From the NCBI RefSeq assembly GCF_006345805.1, contig NC_043004.1, positions 12,710,001 through 12,774,000 on the forward strand: a DNA stretch of 64,000 nucleotides, read 5' to 3'. Each line of letters begins with the position of its first letter. Position 1 is the stretch's first letter. Under the pieces are notes generated by a model that was given only the letters and a program-made list of their open reading frames with translations, was not told the origin of the DNA and did not search any database. This DNA is from Octopus sinensis. Its lineage: Eukaryota. A program made the position numbers and the translations under genes. Positions 1 to 11,500 of the stretch are shown in pieces.

Positions 1-2
1 TT

Positions 3-1590
3 CACCCAAGATCAAAACAAGGTCACATGATTGACTTTGTATTAACTCGGAAAGCTGACTTACAAGATCTGTGCAGTCTCAGAGTATTACGAGGTGCTTA
101 TTGTGATACTGATTACAAAATGGTTAGAGCCAAGTTCAAGTTCATGGTCTGCAAGAAAATACGTAGTGCAGGTGTACAAGTACCATAGTAGATTGATGTA
201 GAGCAGTTAAAACAACCACAAGTTTTGCAGTTATTTCGGAAGAGATGCAGCAATGTTCAGTTTGAAGGATCATGGTAATCTTTCCGGTGAGAATATATAA
301 AATGGGATCAGAGGTGTTAGGTTTCAAGAGACTGGTTTGATTCCAACGATACAGTGATATATGAGCTTTTTACAAGGAAGAGGTCCATTCATGAAAAGCT
401 TCTTGACCCAAACGTTAAGAACAAAGCGCAACTAGAAAAGTTGTACAAGGCTCAGAAAGCAAACTTGCAAAAAGAACTCAGGAGGTTTAAAGACACTTGG
501 AGAAATGTGTCTGAGGAAATACAGGTAGCCTATGACAGGAAGTCATTAAAAGTTTCTATAGCTTATTGTGACAAACTTTTGGAATGCAATCTTCATCATA
601 CGCTCCCTTGAAGTCAAAAGGTGGAAATTAAGTTATTAAAGATCCTCCTGGAATAACGAATATATGGAGAGAGCACTTTGCAGATCTTTTCCACAATCCA
701 TATGTAGTAAACATGGATATCATAAACAACATTCCACAAAAAGAAATAGTGACAACATATGAACGATACACTTTCCATTGAAGAAGTAATTCTGGTATTA
801 TGTAAACTGGGATCAGGTAAAGCTCCTTGATTGGACGGTTGAAATTCTTAAAGCAGGTGGGGATTATATTTTATCTGAAATTCATAGCTTGATGACTCCA
901 GTTTGGACTGAATCTTCTGCGCCTCAAGAATGGATAAATGGCATTCTAATCTCTGTACACAAGGGTAAGATCCCCAAAGTGTGTGGTAATTCAAGAGGGA
1001 AAACTCTCCTGGTACATAACGCATTTTGTGACCATCTTTAAGGAACTACACAGAAACATGAAAGCTTAGGTAGTCTTTAATAGTGAGTCTTCTCATGAAT
1101 TTTCAGTGGACAACGATGTCAAACAGGGAGATATTCCTGCCCTCACACTTTTCTCTGTATATTTCACAGCATCTTTAAGGAACTACACAGAAACATTAAA
1201 GCTCAGATAGTCTATAATTGTGAGCTATCTCATGAATTTTCGGTGGACAGCGATGTCAAAAAGGGAGATATGCCTAGATAAGTAATGATCTTAGACACCA
1301 ACCGTCATTTACGACTTATGTCATGTGTCACAAAACGTTTAAGACAATATCAGGACTTAAAAGACATATACTAGTTCACGAAAACATTTCTACAGGATTA
1401 GATTCCAAACGGCAAAGATAGAGAATAAACATGAATAATATCTGTCATTTGTGTTTCAAAACCTATCAGTCAGCAGCTGGTCTTAAAAGTCATCTAGGGG
1501 CTCATGAACGAAATGATTGTGTTGTGTGACAGGATGTGGTGTGTATGTTGATAGGAAGGCTATCATCTGTCAAGATGAAACAATTATCCT
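3..1590 (+). mobile_element. Decayed RTE-clade LINE, 5' part outside the window: APE endonuclease C-terminus, partial RT, C-terminal C2H2 finger, 3' UTR running into (TA)n
   Basis: Frame from nt 3 reads HPRSKQGHMIDFVLTRKADLQDLCSLRVLRGAYCDTDYKMVRAKF (RTE endonuclease end). WREHFADLFHN, GKAP and DVKQGDIPAPTLFSVYF are RT motifs. 1443-1516 reads [24 protein letters not shown]. Many stops and frameshifts; RT core (YxDD) deleted. Confidence 0.88.
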
Positions 1591-1599
1591 GTATATTAT

Positions 1600-1608
1600 A
1601 AAGATATG

Positions 1609-1668
<60 letters not shown>

Positions 1669-2106
1669 TGTACATATATATATATATGTACATGTATATA
1701 TATATGTATATATATATATGTACATACATATACATAAATATATAAATATATATACATACATATATTTACATACTTACATATACATGTATATACATATGCA
1801 TATATGGAGACACAGGACATCATAGAACGTAAACAACATGAAAAACGGAAACATGGAATAGGATCATTTTTCGCGAACAACGAAATAAACAAATGGAAAA
1901 CAAGACAAATATATATATACATATATGTGTGCGCGTGCGTGTATGTGTGTGTGGTGTGTGTATGTGTGTGTTTTTGTGTGTGTGTGCGTGTATATATACA
2001 TGCATATATAAATATATATGTATGTGTATGTATGTATGCATGCATGTTTGTATGTATGCATACATGTTTGTATGTATGTATGTATCCATCTATCTATCTA
2101 TGTATG

Positions 2107-2189
<83 letters not shown>

Positions 2190-2336
2190 GCGTATGTGCA
2201 TGTATCTGTACATGTATGTATTTGTATGCTTATATGATTTGTTATTGCGTGTGTGAATCCCTGCACGTGTACATATTTATATGTGCATATGTGGTTGTGT
2301 GTGTACGAGAGTGTGTATGTTTGTGTATTTTTGTGA

Positions 2337-2373
<37 letters not shown>

Positions 2374-2409
2374 AGTGACATTTTAGAACGCACGTTTTGA
2401 TGGGGTATG

Positions 2410-2496
<87 letters not shown>

Positions 2497-2851
2497 TAAT
2501 ATATATATATATATATCGGTTTGGCAAAATATGCTTGTGAATATATGAATGAATATGTGGATGCCACTATATCAAGTTCTTCATTTATGTATACACATCT
2601 GTGTGCGCGTGTCCGTGTATGTATGTGCGTTTGTATTTGTGTGTATGTGTATGTGCGCGTGTATGTATGTGATTCGTGCATATATGTGTGTGTGTGTGTG
2701 CAAGGGCTTGCGTGTCTGTTCTTGTCTCCGAGTTTCTACATGTCTTATGTCTTGTATACGCGAGTGTTTTGAATGAAAACATACATCGATTGTGTTTGTT
2801 TAAATAAAAGCTTGGTTGGTATATCTGCACATATATATTTATATATGTGTT

Positions 2852-2888
<37 letters not shown>

Positions 2889-2910
2889 AATTTATATATA
2901 TAATATATCT
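1600..2910. repeat. Compound microsatellite field: (TA)n, (TATG)n, (TATC)n, (TG)n
   Basis: Directly visible; source of the YI/VC/LSIY pseudo-ORFs. Confidence 0.95.
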
Positions 2911-2920
2911 ATATATATTT

Positions 2921-3212
2921 GGAGGCGCAATGACCTAGTGGTTAGGGCAGCGGACTCGCGGTTTCGTTCTCAGACCGGGCGTTGTGAGTGTCTATTGAGC
3001 GAAAACACCTAAAAGCTCCACGAGGCTCCGTCTGGAGGTGGTGATCCCTGCTGTACTCTTTCACCACCCTCTTTCTCTCTCTCTCTTTCTTCTGTTGGCC
3101 TGCTCGCTTAGCCAGCGGGGTGGCGTTGTTCGAAGGCTAAAACAATGCGAACGCATTGTGACCAGCGATGTGTAAAGACATCTGATGGTCTGGTCGGTCA
3201 AGTGATCAAGTG

Positions 3213-3213
<1 letters not shown>
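2921..3213 (+). mobile_element. SINE family C (tRNA-Arg-like head, octopus OR-type)
   Basis: Head GGAGGCGCAATGACCTAGTGGTTAGGGCAGCGGACTCGCG (A box, TCG anticodon-like loop); body matches the inverted copy at 8875-9187. Confidence 0.85.
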
Positions 3214-3301
<88 letters not shown>

Positions 3302-3310
3302 TGTTATATA

Positions 3311-3362
<52 letters not shown>

Positions 3363-3424
3363 ATATACATATATATATATATATATACATACATATTGTG
3401 CGTGTCTGTGTGTGGTAAGTAATA

Positions 3425-3770
3425 TGCGTAGGAGTGGCTCTGTGGTAAGTAGCTTGCTTACCAACCACACGGTTCCGGGTTCAGTCCCACTGCGTGGCAC
3501 CTTAGGCAAGTGCTTCCTACTATAGCCTCGGGCCGACCAAAGCTTTTTGAGTGGATTTGGTAGAGAGAAACTAAATGAAGCTCGTCGTATCTATCTATCT
3601 ATCTATCTTTCTATCTATCTGTCTACATGTGTATGTGTGTGTGTGTGTATGTTTGTGTGTCTGTATTTGTTCCCCCAACATTGCTTGACAAACGATGCTG
3701 GTGTGTTTACGTCCCCGTAACCTAGTGGTTCGGCAAAATATACCGATAGAATAAGTGCTAGGCTTACAAA
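3425..3770 (+). mobile_element. SINE family B (CORE-like), 5' part, split by a CR1 insertion
   Basis: GGAGTGGCTCTGTGGTAAG...GGTTCAGTCCCACTGCGTGGCACCTTAGGCAAGTG; stops at CTTACAAAG and resumes near 5056. Confidence 0.9.
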
Positions 3771-5054
3771 GTTAGTTAGTTAGTTAGTTAATTTTTGGCT
3801 CAAAAAGCAAAAAGCAAGGCCATGTAGGGGGACATGGAGTTAAGTACAGGGTGGTGTTCATGTAAAGAGTTCAGGCCACTTGAACCGAGCGGTCGTCGGC
3901 ATTTTCACCAACTCGTCCGGCAGCTTATTTCACGGATCCGCAACCCGGACGGAGAAAGCCCCTCTCGTTCGATTGAGATGAAATCGACGCAGATAGAGCT
4001 TTTCGGAGTGACCCCGCAGCCGACGCTCTGGAGCAGGAGTGAAGAACGGCTCTTTCGAGAGGTTAAAGTTTCCGCTTATGATGTTGTGAGCAAGAATGAG
4101 ATCACCACGGCGTCGTCGTTTTTATAGAGAATAAAGGTCGAGCGTCTTCAGCCTTTCTTCATAAGACAAATTCTTGAGACCAAGAACCATGCGGGTAGCC
4201 AGCTTCTGGAATCTTTCGAGATGCTGTATGTCTTTGAGGAGATAAGGAGAATAGGCTTGAATCCCGTACTCCTATATGAGTCTCACCAGTGTGACATAGA
4301 GCGGTAGGAATATGGCTGCTGTGAGCATTCCGAATGACCGTCGAATCAAGAACAGAACTCCGCGTGCTTTGTTGGCAGCATGGACGCACTGGGCTGAAGG
4401 CGTAAAGGAGGAATCCACCAAGATACCCAGGTCCTTTACTTGGTCGGTCCTCTCCAGCAGCAGCCGACCCGGCTGGAAATCAAGTTGAGTTGCAGGAGGA
4501 GAGCCAACAGGCAGATGACAGCACTTTGACACGTTCAGACACAGGTTCCATTCGTTAGACCATCTCAAAATTTGGTGGAGGCATCGATAAGATCCTCTAT
4601 ATCACCGCGCGGAGCGCCCAGTTTGACATCGTCGGCAAATAGAAGGGTGTGTTGCGTGAGGTCGTCGGGCAAGTCATTTATGAAGACTAAGAACAATAAG
4701 TGCCCAATCACTGAACCTTGTGGCACGCCACTGCTCGCACTGGAGACGTCGGACAGCGAACCATTAACTTGGACTTGGAATGAGCGATCTGAGAGGAAGG
4801 CACCGACCCATCGTACAATATCCGGATGGAAACTATATGCTTGAGGCTTGACAAGTAATAGGCGGTGGTTTACCGAGTCAAAAGCTTTGGCAAAGTCCAA
4901 CAAAACAATGTCAACAGCATCACCATCATCGAGGATGCGCGTCACCAATTCTTCCATTACCAGTAAGTTGGTCAAGCATGAACTCTTCGGCACGAAGCCG
5001 TGTTGGGAATCAGAGATAGAGGCTGTGTTTTGGAGGTGAAGCATCATACTTTTC
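3771..5054 (-). mobile_element. 5'-truncated CR1-clade LINE (RT, C-terminal region, 3' UTR, (TAAC)n tail), frameshifted
   Basis: QHGFVPKSSCLTNLL, LDFAKAFDSVNH, SGVPQGSVIG, LFADDVKL, VKDLGILVDS, EYGIQAYSPY, RRRRGDLI, AFSVRVADPWNKLP on the minus strand; tail reads (GTTA)n on plus at 3771-3790. Confidence 0.93.
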
Positions 5055-5055
5055 T

Positions 5056-5140
5056 TAAGTCTTGAGTTCAATTTGCTCGACTAAAGACGGTGCTCCAGCA
5101 CTGCCGCAGTCAAATGACTGAAACAAGTAAAAGAAAGTAA
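5056..5140 (+). mobile_element. SINE family B, 3' remainder after the CR1 insertion
   Basis: TAAGTCTTGAGTTCAATTTGCTCGACTAAAGACGGTGCTCCAGCA...GAAACAAGTAAAAG continues the consensus seen in intact copies (e.g. 17942-18338). Confidence 0.85.
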
Positions 5141-5146
5141 AAGAGA

Positions 5147-5208
<62 letters not shown>

Positions 5209-5212
5209 CTTT

Positions 5213-5412
5213 TATTTTATGCTTTTACTTGTTTCAGTCGTCTGACTGAGGCCATGCTGGATCACCGTTTTTAGTCGAACAAATGGCCCCCAGGACTTAT
5301 TTTTGTAAGCCCAGATCTTATACTACCTGTTCTCTTTCGGCGAGCCACTAAGTTATGGGCACGTAAACACACTAACATCGGTTGTAATGGGATGGTGGTG
5401 GGACAAACACAG

Positions 5413-5448
<36 letters not shown>

Positions 5449-5645
5449 ACAAACACACACACATATATATATATATCCGACGGGCTTCTTTCAGTTTCGG
5501 TCTGCTAAATCCACTCACAAGGCTTTGGTCGGCCTGAGGCTATAGTAGAAGACACCGATGGTGCCAGTTTCATTGCCACGCAATGGGACTGTACCCGGAA
5601 CCATGTGGTTGGGAAACAAGCTTTTTACCACACAGCCACGCCATG
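5213..5645 (-). mobile_element. SINE family B
   Basis: Reverse complement of the family-B consensus with internal (CA)n/(TA)n. Confidence 0.88.
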
Positions 5646-5727
5646 TTATACATATATGTATGTATGCATGTTTCTGTGTGCGTACGTACTCAGGCACACA
5701 TACCCACAAACATACGAAACACATGCA

Positions 5728-5797
<70 letters not shown>

Positions 5798-6039
5798 TGT
5801 ATGTATAGGTACATTTATATATATATATATATATAATTTCAACAATTGAGGGTAAAATTAATTAATTATTAATCAATTTCACCAAGTATTCAGTATGTAA
5901 AGGGACAATTATAGGCGAATTCAAAATATTACATTATATATAAGGGCTTAGTAAAATAAATTACTTTGCCACATACTGAACTCATTAGAAATAGCAGCTA
6001 AAGAAATTTCTTCAGCTATTTCTAATACTTAAAGAATAC

Positions 6040-6097
6040 TTCTGAGCTGAAGAAAGAAATGTCGAATTGACTAATCTAGAAACGTACGTTCTCAAAT
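6040..6097 (+). ncRNA. Type I minimal hammerhead ribozyme H1a
   Basis: Helix I TGAG(6043-46)/CTCA(6091-94); CTGAAGA 6047-53; helix II AGA..GTC/GAC..TCT; GAAA 6079-82; palindromic helix III AACGTACGTT; predicted cleavage after GUU at 6090. Confidence 0.75.
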
Positions 6098-6588
6098 AAC
6101 CTTTGCACTTGATTTTTTAATGTTTTTTCCCCCATACTTTTGTGAGTTAGTTTAGGCAAACACTATCTGAGAGAGATCTTCTTTAAGTATTAGAAATAGC
6201 TGAAGAAATTTCTTTAGCTGCTATTTCTAATGAGTTCAGTATGTGGCAAAGTAATTTATTTTACTAAGCCCTTATATATAATGTAATATTTTGAATTCGC
6301 CTATAATGGTCCCTTTACATACTGAATACTTGGTGAAATTGATTAATAATTAATTAATTTTACCCTCAATTGTTGAAATTATAATTCATCTCTCTCTGCT
6401 AAATTCTGCGGTTTTCACCGTTAATACATGGTGTTTGTCAATTTTAACCCACGGTGGTGAAAGGGGAGAGCAGAAATTCTTCGCTTGCATATTCGAATTT
6501 GATAGCACTTTTAGTTCGAGCGGAATTCTAGAGGTGATTAGAAGCCGAAAGGGTATGCTCCCGACTTTCAGTGTTCCCAATCCGATTC

Positions 6589-6658
6589 AAGGAATTCTGA
6601 GCTGAAGAAAGAAATGTCGAATTGACTAATCTAGAAACGTACGTTCTCAAATAACCTT
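6589..6658 (+). ncRNA. Type I minimal hammerhead ribozyme H1b
   Basis: AAGG-aattc-TGAG / CTCA-aataa-CCTT extended helix I with internal loop; CTGAAGA 6602-08; GAAA 6634-37; predicted cleavage after 6645. Confidence 0.8.
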
Positions 6659-7142
6659 TGCACTTGATTTTTTAATGTTTTTTCCCCTATACTTTTGTGA
6701 GTTAGTTAGGCAAACACTATCTGAGAGAGATCTTCTTTAAGTATTAGAAATAGCTGAAGAAATTTCTTTAGCTGCGATTTCTAATGAGTTCAGTATGTGG
6801 CAAAGTAATTTATTTTACTAAGCCCTTATATATAATGTAATATTTTGAATTCGCCTATAATGGTCCCTTTACATACTGAATACTTGGTGAAATTGATTAA
6901 TAATTAATTAAATTTACCCTCAATTGTTGAAATTATAATTCATCTCTCTCTGCTAATTCTGCGGTTTTCACCGTAATACATGGTGTTTGTCAATTTTAAC
7001 CCACGCTGGTGGAAAGGGAAGAGCAGAAATTCTTCGCTTGCATATTCGAATTTGATAGCACTTTTAGTTCGAGCAGAATTCTAGAGGTGGTTAGAAGCCG
7101 AAAGGGTATGCTCCCGACTTTCAGTGTTCCCAAATCCGATTC

Positions 7143-7212
7143 AAGGAATTCTGAGCTGAAGAAAGAAATGTCGAATTGACTAATCTAGAAACGTATGTTC
7201 TCAAATAACCTT
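7143..7212 (+). ncRNA. Type I minimal hammerhead ribozyme H1c (helix III palindrome carries one substitution)
   Basis: CTGAAGA 7156-62; GAAA 7188-91; ACGTATGTT in place of ACGTACGTT; predicted cleavage after 7199. Confidence 0.72.
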
Positions 7213-7929
7213 TGCACTTGATTTTTTAATGTTTTTTCCCCCATACTTTGTGAGTTAGTTTAGGCAAACACTATCTGAGAGAGATCTTCTTTAAGTATTA
7301 GAAATAGCTGAAGAAATTTCTTTAGCTGCTATTTCTAATGAGTTCAGTATGTGGCAAAGTAATTTATTTTACTAAGCCCTTATATATAATATATATATAT
7401 ATATATATATGCACACGAGCAAAATGTCCCCCGCCCAATGGACGGTGCTGAGTTGTCAAACATTTAAACCAAATTTTCTCAAAACAAATTGTCCGACCGT
7501 CCCATAGGCCTCCCCTTTGAGAAACACTGATTTAACCTAAATTTGAGACACCAGCAAAAGAAGAAATAAAGATAGGCTTTTTTTTCTATTTCAAAGAAAA
7601 ACGATTTTATTCACACAAATATGCAACCAGTAATGATAAGGCTGTTGACTGGGAGAACACAAACATGGTTTAAACAGTAAGCTTGGCAGGAAAGAAACGT
7701 GCCTTTAAGCAGTACAAAAACAACAAAAAATGGAGAATGCAGTTATGTACAGGTTGACGGAAGAAAAGTAGGACAAAAACGATACATGCAAATGGGTTAG
7801 CTGGAGGTAAATCTAGATGGAAAAGCATGATGAATTTATGAGAACGTACCTGGGACGATAAGTTTATCCGATAAAACATGTTGGAAATCAACTCTTTTTA
7901 ACGAAAAGCAACAACCCAGGGAACTAAGT

Positions 7930-8402
7930 AACTAATTTTAAGCTAACTCACTTTACGGGATGTTCAAGGGCATGGAAAAGCTAGTGGAGCGCAGCTTTGT
8001 AGACCACATTCCTTGTTACTCCGTCTGGAGCGTAGTATAAAAAGTTTGTCAAACAGCCAACCCTCGAACATCCCACATACAGTTGTCCGTGCGAAAAGCA
8101 GGGAGTGCTGAGGTTCAACCCTAGCCGGCTTTTTTTGTGCAAACTGCGCGTGTATTTTTCTCGCGTACGCGTGGTATCGATCGCAACAGCTGATGTAGTT
8201 GCGTGTACAAATGCACGTTCAAACGGCTTTATCGATCGCATTCTCACCTGGAATCGATTTTTGTAATTTTTTCAAGACTTATACACGCCCTGATACCGTC
8301 GGTATCTACGTTTCAAATTTAAGCGCCATCGGATGGAGGATGCCCGAGATCCTAGAAGACACACACACAAACAGACAGACAGAACGGATTTTATATAATA
8401 GA
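7930..8402 (-). mobile_element. Internally deleted Helitron: 5' end with (GTCT)n fused to the Pif1 helicase C-terminus
   Basis: Minus strand starts A|TCTATTATATAAAA (5' TC at 8402) followed by (GTCT)n. Later it reads LGLNLSTPCFSHGQLYVGCSRVG...APDGVTRNVVYKAAL, the Helitron helicase terminal motif. No 3' hairpin/CTRR found. Confidence 0.8.
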
Positions 8403-8874
8403 TATACATACACACATGCATATGTAGATAATTGAATGTGTGTATGTAAATATATATATATATATTTGCGTATGTTAATGCGTGTGTATGATTAGCATAT
8501 TAGGTGTGATAACATCAATGATTATAATGTCTATCTGTGCGCGTTTTATGTTGTCCTTGTGTATGTATGCGGATATACACATGCATGCATGTATGTATCT
8601 ACGTATGTGTCCTCCTAACGTCTGTATTTATATCCATATATATTTATATTATATCATATATATTATATACAATATATATATAATATACATTATGTATATA
8701 TATATGTATATATATATATATATATATATTATATACAGTATATATTATATATGTGTGTGTTTGTGTATATAATATATATGTATATAATATATAATATATA
8801 TATGTATGTATATATTTACATATGGTACATATATATATAATATATGCACATATATATACATATACATATATATA

Positions 8875-9184
8875 TATCACGGTGATCACCGTGACCGACC
8901 AGGCTATCAGATGCTGTTACACATCGCTGGTCACAATGCGCTTCCCATTGTTTTAGCCTTCAAATGACGCCACCCCGCTGGCTAAGCGAGCAGGCCAACA
9001 GAAGAAAGAGTGAGAGAAAGTTGTGGCGAAAGAGTACAGCAGGGATCGCCACCACCCCCTGCTGGAGCCTTGTGGAGTTTTAGGTGTTTTCGCTCAATAA
9101 ACACTCACAATGCCCTGTCTGGGAGTCGAAACCGCGATCCTACAACCGCTAGTCCGCTACCCTAACCACTAGGTCATTGCGCCT

Positions 9185-9187
<3 letters not shown>
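8875..9187 (-). mobile_element. SINE family C
   Basis: Near-complete reverse-complement match to 2921-3213; ends TGCGCCTCC on plus. Confidence 0.9.
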
Positions 9188-9239
<52 letters not shown>

Positions 9240-9352
9240 GTATATATATATATATATATAGTATACATATATATATATATGTATATATATTTATTCTTAT
9301 ATATATATATGTATAAATGTGTCTATATGTACACATATACGTGTGTGTGTGT

Positions 9353-9394
<42 letters not shown>

Positions 9395-9719
9395 GTGTGT
9401 CTGTGCGCGCGCTGTGATTACATCACCTTATCGCAAATATGCTATCTGAAATCCCGGATGAGGATGAAGCCAACCTAGTGATGAGGAAAGAGGGGAAGTA
9501 GGTTCATTGGTGAGTAAGAGTAGAATCTATTCCCAAGCGACATAGTAAACGGTTCCCATTAGAGGCGAGAAGCCAGCCGTCTAAGATCGAATCAAGGTCA
9601 GCTTAAATAACAACAACAATAACCAAACGTGAGAATTGCCGATTTTTCTCAAGCTTTGCAGCGATATTTGAGATGGGTGTTGCATTCCGTACTCACACGT
9701 AGAGGGGTGGTGAGGGTCG

Positions 9720-10545
9720 TAGTCGTGGTGGCGGTAGTATGAGAGGGTGGTGGTGATAGGGGAGAATGGTTGTGTGGTGGTGGAAGTGGTGGAGTGATGA
9801 TAGTGGTGAAAACTGGGTGGCGGTGGTGGCGATGGTGGTGGTAGTGGTGATAGTGGTAGTATAATAATAGTGCGGGAGGTGGTGGGGTGGGGAAATATGG
9901 TAATGTTAGGGGTGTGGTGAGGGTGATATTAGCGATGATAATAGTACAAAGATGGTGGTATTGGTGGTGTTTGTGACGGTGGTGGTGGTGATGTAGCGAT
10001 GAGATTGGTAGCGGTGTTAGTGGCGATGGCGGTGCTGGTAGGCGTGGTGCTGGTGGTAGTGGTGCTGGTGGTGTTGGTGGTGGTGTTGGTGGTGGTTGTG
10101 GTGGTACTGGTAGTGGTGATGGTGGTGTTGTTGTTGTTGGTGGTGGTGGTGATGGTGATGGTAGTAGTGGTGATAGTGGTGATGTGGTGGTAGTGGTGGT
10201 ACTGGTGCTGGTGCTGGTGCTGGTGATAGTGGTGGTAGTAGTGGTGGTGATGGTGATGGTGGTAGTGGTAATGGTGGTGGTGATGGTGGTGGTGGTGATG
10301 GTGGTAGTGGTGATAGTGGTGATATGGTGTTAGTGGTGATGGTGGTGGTGGTGGTAGTGGTGGTAGTAGTGGTGGTGATGGTGGTGGTAATGGTAGTGGT
10401 AATGGTCGTGGTAGTGTTGGTGATGACGGTAGTAGTTGTGGTGGTAGTGGTATTCGTGATGGTGGTAGTGGTGATGATGATGCTGGTGATGGTGGTGGTA
10501 GTGCTGATGGTGGTAGTGGTGGTATGAAATAGCGTTAGTGGCGGT
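9720..10545. repeat. Degenerate (GGT)n/(GAT)n/(AGT)n trinucleotide tract
   Basis: Visible; gives the poly-V/T/H pseudo-ORFs. Confidence 0.92.
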
Positions 10546-10624
10546 GGAGACATGTTGGCTGCAACCTGAGAAGCGGTAAAAGAAGTAACACTAATGGTAA
10601 AAGAAGTACCAGTAATACGTTGAT

Positions 10625-10770
10625 GCTCTTGTTAGTTTATTATACCCTCCCCCTCTAATCAGCTCTGATCAAGCAGAACTATGATCAACGGTATGCCAAC
10701 CGCGACCACCTCATCTTTCCATCATTCTCCTATATCCAAGACTTATTGTCCAACATATCCTTTTCCAAGA
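10625..10770 (-). repeat. Unclassified interspersed repeat, family E (3' part)
   Basis: TGATCATAGTTCTGCTTGATCAGAGCTGA on minus; similar to copies at 19615, 33285, 43900 and 46485. Confidence 0.55.
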
Positions 10771-11374
10771 TGGATGTCAGTAAGATTCAAAAATGATTGA
10801 GTCTGTTTTTTTGCTACCAAGTCGACGGAACTCGAAAAGGCAACTTCGTTGTCTCGAATGTCGTGGTACCGCACGTAGTGTTGGTGTTGTTAGTGTTTAT
10901 TGTTGTTTTTGTAGTGGTTGTATAAAATTGAATGTAGCGGTATTAGTTGCAGTGGTGGTGTTGGAGGTGTCGATGTAGTATTACACATGATGGTGTTCAT
11001 GAAATTTTGAATGTAGCGGCCTAGTGATTTGGATTTGTGATCTCCCGTCGATTTCGACCTGTGGGAGTCCAGCTATTCGATCAAATTGAACAATTGCTAG
11101 TCGAAATATCATGCTAGGTGATGAGTATTATCTCCAACTCGTAGGTTCCTCATTCAATTCTCAATGTAGAATCAGTATGACAGATATAAATGCTCAGATA
11201 TGAATGAATATTTCTTCACCTGGGGTCATTGTAATCGGTATACTCCCTCCCCTAGAACTGCTGGCCTTGCGACAAAATTTGAAACCAATATTAACTGAAA
11301 CTAGGAAAGATTTTAATTTTCTAATTTAGATAGGAGCATGCGCGTATTAAGACTGGGTACTTCATATGCATTTA

Positions 11375-11500
11375 CTAAACCTTTCGCTCCCAAGGGAGCA
11401 TAGGTCATCGAAGAGATTTTTCCTATAGGCAGAGAGAATCCTTATGCTGCCAGCAGAGGCAGCCGCTTTCTGATCTGAGTCATCCTGTTTTTGCTCTCAT
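11375..11500 (-). mobile_element. Possible RTE-type LINE 3' tail fragment
   Basis: Minus strand ...GATGACCTATGCTCCCTTGGGAGCGAAAGG (DDLCSLGSER) resembles RTE C-termini (GLCSxGS). Short and weak. Confidence 0.35.

Larger units (their letters stand above)
5832..7397 (+). mobile_element. Hammerhead-bearing tandem repeat, family H1 (Penelope-like pLTR or retrozyme-like): 205-bp inverted arm plus ~2.4 direct units of 554-555 bp
   Basis: 5832-6036 is the reverse complement of 6179-6383 (one mismatch seen). Unit start TCTGAGCTGAAGAAAG recurs at 6041, 6596 and 7150. Both ends abut (TA)n. No recognisable coding similarity. Confidence 0.88.

Noticed and set aside
2921-2975. tRNA-Arg-like sequences (also 9140-9187, 14620-14688, 28945-29010)
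   Set aside because: They lack a complete cloverleaf and acceptor stem and continue into SINE bodies, so they are SINE heads, not tRNA genes.
6195-6215. CTGAAGA inside the TAGAAATAGC hairpin (also 6754, 7307)
   Set aside because: No helix II/GAAA/helix III arrangement follows; part of a simple palindrome.
5832-7397. CRISPR array or DNA-transposon MITE interpretation of the repeat
   Set aside because: Units are ~555 bp with no unique spacers in a eukaryotic context; the inverted copy is internal and asymmetric rather than terminal, and no TSD is seen.
7400-7540. TTTGAGAAACACTG resembling a hAT MITE end
   Set aside because: No matching opposite TIR or TSD found.
9430-9515. Short frame MLSEIPDEDEANLVMRKEGK* near a GTGAGT donor
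   Set aside because: Stop precedes the donor, no acceptor, too short to support.
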